From Callorhinchus milii (lineage: Eukaryota), in assembly GCF_018977255.1 (NCBI RefSeq), contig NW_024704742.1:33668001-33732000 (forward strand): a DNA stretch of 64,000 nt, in the 5' to 3' direction. The first letter of the stretch is position 1. Each line of letters starts with the position of its first letter. Of this stretch, positions 36,301-48,300 are shown piece after piece. The notes under the pieces are model-generated. The model was not told where the DNA came from, made no database searches, and saw only the letters and a list, made by a program, of their open reading frames with translations. The position numbers and the translations under genes were made by a program.

Positions 36301-39300
36301 TCTCCATCCCTCCCTAACCCCAGTTGTGACCAATTGAAAGACCTGAGGTGCAGCCCAGCATTCAACCCCGTAACATATCTCTGGCTCTGGACTTGGTGAC
36401 AGCTTGTTAGTGCAACTTTAGATCATCAGATATAATACATTTTACTGGTGCTTTTAACAAGAATGATAATCTACTCACTCCACCAGATCAAGATATTTAA
36501 TTTTGACATTTTCAAACTTCAATCCTTCAACTGTAGAAATTGCACATTCAACTTTTAGTATTTTAAAATTGTGGATAAATTTATTTCCAAATACAACCAA
36601 ACAAGGAGTCCCTTTATTTCTGTGATCTCTGTCTACCTCTCAGGTGTGTATGGAGCTGGGAAGAGCTACCTGTTGGCTGTTGTGGTTTTATTTCTTAGTC
36701 AACTTTTTGAAGAAAGTGAATGTGTGGAGGGTCCCAGGCAGGTCCCGTGGAAACTTCTCATTTCTTCATCCACCAACGTCGCTGTGGATAGAGTGCTACT
36801 TGGGTGAGTGATACTACAGTGTGGCCAATGTGGTCTCTCAAAAGGCCTAATCTTCTGTTCCCTTCAAACCTTTTACAGATACCATTATATAAGGCGCGTG
36901 TAGAGGTTGGAAAAAATTGGGCTAACTCCCTTCACTCAAATAAGCAGGATTGACAGGAGCTGAGTAGGAAGAATACTGTCCTCCCCATTGGTTGTTTGCC
37001 TCTCCAAGGCCTGCCAAGCTGGCTGGTCCGTCATCAACAGTATCTTGTTCCCACTCAGCTCATGTTAAATCTGCAAGCCAAATCCCTGAAGAAAGGGTGG
37101 TTAGTCACAGCTGGAAAAGTAGCAGAAAGCTTGCCACACAATGTTTCTGATGGCAAGCTATGTGGTTTAGCTTATTAAACTCCAACACTTCACCAACATA
37201 CACTTGTGTCCTCAAGCCTTCTTTTTTTGCCAATCAGAGCAAAAAATACTTTATGGAATTAGGTAAGCAGGAGCTGTTTCTCCAGAAAGAGAGAGAGAGT
37301 ACACATAGCATTCTAGACATCAATTTCAATGTGAGTGGCATACACGTGGAACTCTGTTTGGTTTGAATACTCTTATGGTTGGAGATAGGTTTCATGGTGA
37401 CCTGGTTGACCCCAAAGAAACAGTCTGGGGCTCCACCTTTTGGGCAATGCTTTCACCCACTGCACCAATGCTTTCACTCACTGCACCTGTTGTTTTGCTT
37501 TTTAATTTTAAAACACTTCTTACAGCGCCAGCCATATTGTTGATTACCAAATACAGGAATTATTTGGCATGGAAAAAAATGTTTTTTTGTTGTGTTTAGG
37601 CTTCTGAATTTAGGATTTGATCGATTTATCAGAGTTGGAAGTATTCGTAAAATAGCCAAACCCATCTTGCCATACAGGTAAGCACAAAATCTAGGGTCAT
37701 TTGTGCATTACATTACAATGAATCCCTTTTCCGTAGCAAAACATTACTATATCAGAATCTGGCTAATTGAGTGTTACCTACTGACAAGCTGCTTAACTAT
37801 AACTGAGAAAGTAGTTTACCTACAGTCAGCATTATTTTTGAAGCCTTATTTTTTGCAGTTCATTTAGGTTGCAACTGAAAATACAGTCACTAAACTTTAC
37901 AGTGAATCCTGTAACGCGCTTTGAGACGTCCTCCCAACATGAAAGGTCCTATACCAAATGCTAGGATTGTTATTATTTAGTAAATTATAATTGAGCCAGA
38001 AATTCCACACAGTTCTTGACCCAGACTACTTTGTTAACTTTTCGCACAGTGCAAGTTTTGGTCAATTTTTAAATTCAGTCCTATCTCAGGAAGTGATTTT
38101 TCAGTTGCAACCTAAATGAACTGCAAAAAATAAGGCTTCAAAAATAATGCTGAATTTAAGGTTTTTGCATGCTTCAAAATGTTGAAATAATCTAGGTGTA
38201 GAACTAAATTGAATTTCTGCTCCTGATGGTAGATCAATGAAGGAGAGTTCCCAGATGACTGAGGCCCTCAATTTTTCTGCTTTCTTTCTCTCTGGGATGA
38301 ACCCAGCCCCGTCCCATGCAGATTGAGGTTGAGATGTGAACTCGCTAGATTGTCATTGCTCACAGGCTTGAAAGATATTCCGTGCAGAACTACAGCTAAT
38401 ATTTGTTTTATTAGTCTGCACGCAGGCAGTGATAATGAAGAATTGCGAGAGCTGCAGGCACTTCTCAAAGAGGATTTGACGCCCGTGGAGAAAGTGCACG
38501 TGAGAAAGAGCATTGAGCAGCACAAACTGGGCAGGAACAAAGCAATGCTCAGAGAGGTGAGAGCTGCGTAGTTGTGTTCAATCAAACTAATCCTTTCAAT
38601 AGCAAAGGCTTTCATCAACTCGAAGTAGCGCTTGAGTCTCCCGAAGCCACGTTCTTAGTGGAGTTACTAACAAATTGCTGAGGTTCTGAGGCAATCTGGT
38701 TTGGGGGATTATTGCTGCTGCTATATTTTCAGACACCACTACGTCTGTCTATGGATTAACTCTTCGAGTTCCAGCAGGCTTGCAGCGACTCCCAGATCTG
38801 AATGATTTCAGCACATGCATTGAAAATAAAACAACCAATGATATTACAGTCATGAAACTAATTGAACATTGTGAAAGCTTTATTACTATACTATTAATCC
38901 TAATGCCAAGTACTCTGGGAAGCTACCCTGCATGAGAGGCGGTTTATAAATGTAAGTTGTTGTTGTCATTGACCGTAAGTTGTTGTTCTCTTTGACCGTG
39001 CCTTCAGCTCCCCTCTCGACTCTCTTCCCCCTCCTCGCTCCCTCCCTTCCCTCCCCCTGACCATTTCCCCCTCCTTGCTCCCTCCCTTCCCTCACCCTGA
39101 CCATTTCCCCCCTCCTCGCTCCCTCCCTTCCCTCCCCTCACCCTGACCATTTCCCCCCTGCTCGGGTCATGATTATTGACCAACTGTGCAGCGCCTTGGG
39201 ACGTCCTCCTGACGTGAAAGGCGCTTTATAAATGGAATCTTGTTGTTGTTGTTGTTGTTGTCATTGTAACCCACTATTTGAAAAACATCTTTCACTGGAA

Positions 39301-42300
39301 ATAACACTTTAATAACTTTACTTATGTTTGCTAGGTCATGCCTTTTTTCTTTTATTTTGTGTTTTCTCTCTCTTCGTTCCTTTTTTTCCAGCCAACTTCT
39401 TATTCTCCTCGATGTGTTTTGAATCATTTTCTCTTCTGTTGGGTACAATTTATGGCTTCCTCCAGTACCTCATCCAGGTGGCCATTATTTATGTGTGAGC
39501 CTCGACAAAAAGTGTCAACATGCTTTTCAGTCAAGGGAACCATCTCAATCTCAGTGGAATCAAATTCTACCCTCATTGACTTCCATATTCACACCTTTGG
39601 GAGTGGGGTGTCTGGTTAGTGATCAGGAATAGGAACAACAACAACAACAAGATTACATTTGTATAGCGCCTTTCACGTCGGGAGGACATCACAAGGTGCT
39701 GGACAGAGTACAGCATTTCAGACCCGAACTGGGGTTGCGGGGGGTAAGGGAGGGTAAGGGGGTTGGCCGATGGCATGGTCGTAGTGGAGGGTCTTGAGGC
39801 GGGACTTGAAGGAGGCTAAAGAGGGGGCGAGATGGAGTGACTGGAGGATGGAATTCCAGAGACTGGGGACAGAGTGGCTGAAGGCTCTCCCGCCAATGGT
39901 GGGGCGGGTGGGTCGGAGGGACATGGAGCAGGCCAGAGTGGAGGGAACGGGCGGGTTGGTAGGGGGTTAGGAGGTCGCAGAGGTAGGATGGGGCGAGGCC
40001 ATGGAGGGCTTTGTATGTGAGGACCAGGATCTTGAACTGGATCCTCTGAAGGATAGGGAGCCAGTGGAGTCGGGTGAGAGTGGGGGAGATGGGGTCACGG
40101 AGTTTGGTGCGGGAGAGGACACGGGCTGCAGAGTTCTGGATTATCTGCAGTTTGTAGAGGGAGGAGTTGGGAAGGCCGACAAGCAGTGCGTTTGCATAGT
40201 GGAGCCTGGAGGTGATGAAGGCATGAACAAGAGTTTCAGCGGCCTGAGGGGTGAGGTAGTGGCGGAGTCAGGCGATGTTACGGAGGTGAAGGAAGGCAGA
40301 GGGGTCATGACTTGAATGTTGCGGAGAAAATACAGTTGAGGGTTGAAAAAGACACCCAGGTTCCTGACTGGTTTGGTGAGTTGCAATGTGCATCCTTGGA
40401 GGTTGATGCTGCCAGAGTCTGAGGTGCTGAGGCGCTGGCGTGAGCCAATCAGGAGGGCCTCAGTCTTGTTCACATTCAACTGTAAGAAATTTGCCCTCAT
40501 CCAGGACTTGATGTCCGACAGACAGTCTGTCAGGACAGCAGTGGTCCTGGGGTTGAGGGTGGAGGCAGAAAGATAGAGTTGGGGTCATCCATATGAAAGT
40601 TGACCTCATGTCTGCGGAAGATAATAATAATAATAATCCTTGCATTTGATATAGCGCTTTGCACGTCGGGAGGACATCCCAAAGCGCTTCACAGAACACA
40701 CTGTAAAGTGAATTGACTGTATATTTGTGGGCGAACGCGGCAGCCAATTGCGCACAGCAATGTCCCCCAAACAGTCGTAGATTGAAAATGACGTCACCAA
40801 AGGGGAGCATGTGGATATAAAAAAGGAGAGGGCCAAGGACAGAGCCCTGGAGACGCCAGATGTGACAGTGCAGGGGCTGGAGGAGAAACCGTTGGAGGCA
40901 ACTAAGTGGAGACGTGAGAGAGATAGGAATCGAACCAGGCAAGGGCAGGTCCGTGAAGATTGAGTAAAGCGGAGAGGCGGTGTGGGCAGCACGGAAGCCG
41001 GATTGGAGGGGTTCAAAGAGGGAATGGCGAGAGAGAAAGGAGCGGAGCTGGGACACACCGACTCATTCCAGGACCTTGGAGAGGAATGGGAGGTTAGAGA
41101 TGGGGCGGTAACTGGAGAGGAGGGATGGATCCAGGGAAGGTTTCTTCAGGATGGGGGTGATGACAGCTGTTTTTAGGGCGGTGGGAACTGAACCAGTGGA
41201 CAGGGAGAGGTTGATGACATCGGACAGGAGGGGGGCCACAAGGTGTAGCTGGGAGACAAGGAGAGAGGTGGGGATGGGATCAAGGGAGCAGGTGGTGGGT
41301 TTGAGTTTGCGGACAGTTGTGGTGAGGAAGGAGGGAGAGATAGGGTCGAAGGAGTATAGGGGGGGATGGGTGGGGGGTGGGTCATGAGGGAGAGGTGATG
41401 TGGGGGTGGCTGTGGACGGGGCTGAGGTGGCTGAATGTATCCCCTCGATTTTAGATTCAAGTAAGTCCAGCATCTCCTCACAGTTGGAGTTTGAGGAGAG
41501 GATGGACAAGGTATGGGAAGGTGGATGGAGGAGATGGTTAGTGGTGGAAAAGAGAAGCCTGGGGTTGTCCTTTGCCTCCAAGATAACCTTGGAATAGAAG
41601 GAGGATTCGGCAGAGGCAAGAGCGCAGCGGTAGATCTTGGTGTGGTGAAGCCAAATCTGCCGATGGACCGTTAGTTTGGATTTGGTCCAGGCGTGTTCGG
41701 CAGCTCGCACTTGTGCCTTGAGGGAACAGAGATGGCTGGTGTACAGGGGTACTTATGAGGCAGTTCGGGAGGTGAGGGGGACAAGGGAGTCCAGAATGGA
41801 GGAGAGGGAGTTGTGGAGAAAGGAGAGTGAGGAGGGGAGATCGGTCAGTGAGGGCCAGAGGTGTAGGAGTTCAGATGACTCCAGGGCAGTGGAGAGGGAG
41901 AGGGAGGAATTTTTTTTCCATGGAGGGTATGTAATAGTGGAGGATTGGGAAGGGGGAAGGGGTACTGAGGTGTTGAGGGAGATGAAGTGGTGGTCCGAGA
42001 TGGCTTTATCGACAATGGTGATGTCCGAGACAGTGAGGCCCCGGGTGATCACCAGGTCAAGGGGGTGGCCACGGACGTGGGTGGGGGAGTGGATGAGGAG
42101 GGAGAGGTTGAGGGAAGAGAGGAGGGAGGAGAAGACAGCAGAGGTAGAGCAGGAGGGGTGAAGTGGAGGTTGAAGTCACCTAAGATAAGGAGGCGTTCAA
42201 AGCAGAGGGAGAGGGAAGATAGGAGGGTGGAGGTGTCTGAGAGGAAAGTGAGGGAAGGCTTGGGGGGACGGTAAACAAGGAGGATTTTGAAGAAAAGTCT

Positions 42301-45300
42301 GGAGGGGTGATAGAGGGTAAGGTATTCAAAGGAGGGGAAGGTTCCAGAGGAGTAAAAGGAAAGGCTAAGGGGGGACCGGGAGATGAGAGCCACACCACCG
42401 CCACGGCGATTAGGCCGTGGGGTTTGGTGAAAGGTGTAACCTGGAGGTGTGGCCTCAACCAGTGGGAAGGTGTCGCCTGGAGTAACCCAGTTTTCGGTGA
42501 GGGCGAGGATGTCGATATTTTCCTTGACCATGAGGTCATGAATTGTAAGGGACAGTCCGATGCGGAGGGACAGTTAGTGGTGGGAGCGTGGGGGGGATGA
42601 GGGGTGGGAGTGGGTGGGCAGGTGGGTTGGATGGGGATGTGAGTGAGGGAGGAAAGGTTGGCTCCCGTGAGTGAGGGCCGGTGGGCCTTGGGGCGAGAGT
42701 GGGGGAAGGGACAGTCAGGATGGGTGCTGTAGGACAGCCGACAGCGTCTACCACGGTAGGCATGACGAAGAATGTGAAGGGAGGAGCAGAGGAAGACCTG
42801 GGGGAGTCGAGGAGGCATAGGAGTCGGGGGAGGCGGAGGGAGAGGAGGGTTGAGTATGAGTAGTGGAGGGAAGGGGACAGGGTCGGGAACATCTTGGGGA
42901 AACAGCTCGGGTCAATTGCGGCAGCCAACGTGCGCATGCTGAGACTCGGAGCAGACAGGAGTGTTCAGCGAGCCATGGTTAGCCCGCTGGGCCGGTGAGG
43001 CTCAGTGAGGAGATGGGGGCAGTGATGTCTTCCCAGGAACCATGAGCATGAGCCCGTGAGCACAGCACAACTGTAGAAGCCTATTGCTACTTTACGTAGA
43101 TTGAACACGGATTAGGAATTGAACCTGATATGCAAAATTTAGATTTGTATAGCTGAATCTGTTGATATCTTTGCAAAGATTTACAGCACAGAAACAGGCC
43201 ACTCGCCTCAAACAGTCTGTGTTGGTGTTTATACTCCACATGAATCTCCACCCACTCCTTACTCCCTCCCTTACCCTTCTATTCCCCTCTGCCTCATGTG
43301 AAGGTTTTAACTTCCTATTGAATGCATCCCCTCTTATCACATTATCATTGGCAGACCCATATACTCTTGTTTTCATTTACATGCAGGTGCGAGTGGTAGG
43401 AGTAACCTGCGCTGCCTGTCCTTTCCAGTGTTTGAACAACCTGAGCTTTCCTATGGTGGTGCTTGATGAGTGCAGTCAGATGACGGAGCCATCTTCCCTT
43501 CTTCCTATTGCCAGGTATTTTGCAGGACATAAAGATAATTGCCCACAATGTCCCACAAGCAGCTATGAAGTAAAATACCAATTTTATTTGGGGGATTGTT
43601 GGCCAAGACAACTTGCTTGATTCACTTTTTGAACAGCGCCATGAGATCTTTAATGTTTTCCTGAACAGGCAGCCGCGAGCTCAAGTTTAGTGTCTTACCT
43701 GAAGGATATCACCTTCGACAGCACACCTCCAGCACTGCATTGGATTGCCTGTCTAGACTATGAGTTCAAAATCCCAAGTGGGGCTTGAACTACAACTTTC
43801 TACCTCAGAGGTGAAATTGTTGCCAAATGAGCCAGGCTGCCACACTTGGGCCTAATAACCTTCTGCACTATAATTTTTATGAATCATACCAAAGTTTCTG
43901 TTTGTAGGTTTGGATGTGAAAAACTGATCCTTGTTGGAGATCCTAAACAATTGCAACCCACGATCCAAGGCTCTGATAGTGCTCACGAAGCTGGACTGGA
44001 ACAAACCCTCTTTGACAGAATGTGCTTGATGGTACAGGAGTTACTTTAACTTTAATATATATGTAATTGTGATTAGCCTTTGCTCGAAGGAGTTTTTTTT
44101 TCTAAATTTTCTTTCCCCCTCAATGTGTTTGACTTTTTTTCCTTCTACTGAGGTTTGGTGTTATGAACTATAGCACTGACCATAACAACTGAGATCAGCC
44201 AACTCAGCACAAAATGAGATTCACACCTGCATTTTCTAGTCCATGTACCCTAGAACTATGCCACTATAGGAGGAGGATATATTTTTTACTGCATTGAAAT
44301 TCAATGATCTGTCAGTTTTGATAAATATATTGCTGTGTGAAAGTTCTCCCATTTATTTAAAGTTACATTTCTGTATTAATGTAGTGCAGGTACTGAAGTG
44401 TAGGATGTTGCAAATCTCTTGTATTTTTGCATATTAGCTGCTGTGTGCCAACTGCACAAGTCATGATTACTATGTGTCCTCCAGCCAGCCAAACCATCTG
44501 TGCAAACTGTCCCAAGTGTGCCTACAATCCCAATTATGTTTCCTGTGCAATTTGCAGCATCTCCTATCTGGGTTCACACGGTTTTATCTGTGAAGTCTGC
44601 TGTCTGTGCCATACTGTATCGGCTGTGGAATCTGCACACTGCAATGCCAGCTGCCACCATCCTTGAGTTTGTGATGTGTGCTGCTCCTGCCAATCGCACA
44701 TGACCTCTCCAGGGAATGAGTGAACTCTTGTTTAGATGATGTGTAGCTGCTTGAGCAATGATTATCACTGCTCTCAAGTATTTGTTTATCTCTGGTTCGA
44801 TTTTTAAAAAAAAGATTAGCTCCATCTTAACATACACACCAGAAAGCCAGTGTTCAGGCAGAAATGTTTAGTATTTTTATAATGCAACTACGTCCTGTGT
44901 TTATTTTAGAATTTTTATGTTTTTCACCCCTTCCTTAGGGACATACGCCCATCCTGCTTAGAACTCAATACAGATGTCATCCTTCTATAAGTGCGATAAC
45001 CAATGAACTTTTCTATGATGGACTGCTTATGGATGGTGTTTCTGCTTCAGATCGAACTCCTCTGCTGGATTGGTTACCTACTCTGTGCTTTTACAGTGTT
45101 AAGGGACGTGAGCAGGTAAATGTTCTGTTGAGCCCAGCAGCAATTTTAATGTGTAAAAGCATGTGGGGTTTTTGCATAGATTTCACACACACAGGAGTAA
45201 ATTATCCAATCGAACGCTGCACCAAAAAATACGCCGAATCTCTAATAACTTTTAAAAAGGAGTTAGTTAATCATCTGAAAAGGAAAAACAAAAGAATAGG

Positions 45301-48300
45301 GGAGGAAAAGGCAGAGAGCACAGGCATAATGGGGTGAATGATCTTCTGTTCTGAAAATTCTTACGACTCTTTAAGAATGTCCAGAATTTTGGAAAAGTCA
45401 TAAATTGAGAGTTTTTTGGTGCTGATTTTCTGTAGTTTCATTTTAAGAATTACAGAAAGCAGATTTCAAAATTAAGACTGTGCTCGAGAATTTTCTGAAA
45501 TTCTCCAATCTTAATTGTTAGGGATAAGGCCATGAAGATTTTAAACCCTCTGCTTCAATTGATGAGGTTTGTTCCCTTCCCTTGAGAGGTGGTGTTTTTT
45601 GATTTCATTCCTTTAATTTGGGTGGGGTGAGGGGGGTGGGGGTGCAGTTTTGAATCTTAACTGAAAGCTCAGCACCAAAGCTATGTATTGTGTTATTGGT
45701 CTGAGTCAGAATTGCTTGTGAGCGTATTCTCCTGAAAGGATATGGAATGAGGCCGGGCCGAGGGGGGGGTGTGGTTTGAGGAGGCAAAATATTTCTCCTG
45801 GAATCTGAGCTTGGAGCCACTTCTGCTGCTGACCATACTCATTCTTTCTATTGCAGAACAAGCTGTTTACTGCATGATTTTTTTTTAAAAAATGTGTCCA
45901 GAAGGCATTTTGCTGGATGTGGTTTGGTTAAACAATTTTTGGAAGCAGTTAGCAGGTGGATGGCAGTGGAATAGGTGACAGAAGCGAGGAGCCTCAGCAG
46001 AGCGCAATGTCAATCTGACCATCTGTCGATCATTTAATATTTAAATTTGCCATTCGTGGGACCAGCAGCTTTTCTGAACTCCTGCCAGAATCCCCAACAC
46101 TCCTTAAGAGTCTATACCACCACCCCACGCAAACGTTTACACCTGATATTCATTCTCGTGCACTTCATGTACTGAGTTTTTATATATAAAGTAGCTTCAT
46201 TTAATTAGCATTCTTGCAGTTTGCTTCTCAGAACGATACAGTCTACAAACCTGGCAAATGTGACGGATCGGCCGTCGTACCTATTATGCTTGAACTGAAG
46301 CGTGTTTCGCTGCAGAATACAAAGCTAATCAAGGCCATTTCAATACCTGTTGGGAAATCAATAGTTAACAGTCCTAATGTCTTTGATGCTGTCTGACATG
46401 CTGAAATTAAACGTTCACCCATTATCCTCCACATCATTCACACTCCTGACCTTTCCATCACACCTCTGAGCTTTCCCATCACACCTCAGGGCTTTGTGGC
46501 TCTGCTAATTGAGCAGGAAGGATGTCTGCAAGTGCCATTATGTTTTGAATTGTCCCGGGCGTGTTGTGTGCCAGCTCAAGGGTATTACTGAGGAAATTAA
46601 ATGAAAATGCCTTTCCCGAGACAGTCAGCTGCATTGAAGAAAAACCCACAGGGGTGTGGAGGAGGTCCCTAAGAGAGAATCTAGCATTTAAGTAAAATAA
46701 GGGCATGTCATTTTGAAAATATTGCGCTGTTATTGCGCCGTTGATTGACAGCCCAACACACTGGGGTCTATTTCACGCTGATCGCTAAAAATAGCAATCC
46801 TTTTGCTGTGTCTTTATTCCCTTTATTACAACGACCCAGTGGAAAGAACACTGATTTTAGTCATCATTGTAAGGTAAACCTACTGTGCAGTGGGGTGGTA
46901 GAACGCAGGTTTCTGACTGCAATTTCACACTATATGACTTAAAAAGAGCAATCCAAATGTTTCCATTTACCTGCTTTTTCAACAGATCTTGCATTTATAT
47001 GGCACCCTTCATGTGGGATAATGTCTTGGAACTCTGTACAAAGACCGTGTCAGATACAGCAAGACAGAGGGGGGAAGGAGGAGGGGACAAAGATGAGGCC
47101 ATAGAAGTAAATTGTAAGGCGGGACTTAGTTAGAGAGAAACCAAGACAGACAGAAGGGTAGAGGGAGGGAGTTCCCCAATGCAAGAGCATAGAGTCTGAA
47201 GACATGCAGCGAGCCTGAGGTAGCTGAGTGGAAAAGGTGATCAGAGAGATGTGGAAGTGCTAGTAAATGAAATGATTTATAGATGATGGTGACCTTCAAA
47301 TTGATCCGCTGGGAGTTGGGAAATCAGTGGAGCTTGGAGAGGATTCAGGTGTGTGCAGGGTTACTAAGGGTAAGGATACAATGGGGGAGTTTTAGATGAA
47401 TTGGAGCTTATGGATGGTGGAGCTAGGGAGACCAGCAAGGAGTGCATTAGAAAAGTCTTAAGCAGCAGGCAATGAAGGCAAGAATAAGTCTTTCAGCGGC
47501 ATTTGATGTGAGATAGGGATCGAAGTGGGTGATGTAGCAGAGGTGAGGAAAACAGCCTAGGTCAGAGTATAAGGGAGAAAGGAGAGCCAAGGATTAAACC
47601 AGATGCCAAGGTTGCTCACTTGTTCATTTGTGATTTTGAGAGCGAGACCAGAGAGGGCTTAATATGGAAAATGCATTTATTAAACTATAAACCATAACTG
47701 ATTTTCATGTCAAATATAGAGAAGTTGCTTTGCTTCTGGTATTTTGATCCCTTACTGAGAGGAGAGAGGGGGAAATGTCTCTTGCTGATCATTTCAGTGT
47801 TTTTGACAATACTGTGATGAAATGAATGCCAATTTCTTTTAATCTAGAGGACTGTTGACAAGGACACTTGGAGAAGCTTCCTTTTCTTTCTGTAATAGTG
47901 GGAAATTTAACATCCACCTGAACAGGCAGCGATCCCACTTTGCTTCCTCTCAGTTATGACAGCTTAGAGTTTAAAAACACTAAAAATGCTTTTTTAAAAA
48001 AAGCAATTCCAACGGAAAGTTACAAACTGTTCAGTGAGCAGCACAAGAGGAGAACAAAAGTTCTGGCACATTCACCTCAGATTGTTTCTTCTACTACTTG
48101 TCTTGTAGTAATTAGTCGTTCATGCAGCCTGTCTGAAAACCCAATAAATTGCCTCTTAACTATTTTTTTTATCAGGGTTTGTGTTTCAAAGAAATGCATT
48201 GTTTTTCCTCCCACTTTTTTTTAGTCTCTTCTTCCCCCCCCCCCCCCCTCCCTCCTGTGCTAAGATCTGTGTGCTGAGCAGGAAGAAATGCAAAAACGTG

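Noticed and set aside
44427..44666. Cys-rich 79-aa ORF with several CxxC motifs
   Set aside because: Intronic, TTG start, no convincing splice sites or recognisable zinc-finger spacing; likely chance in TG-rich DNA
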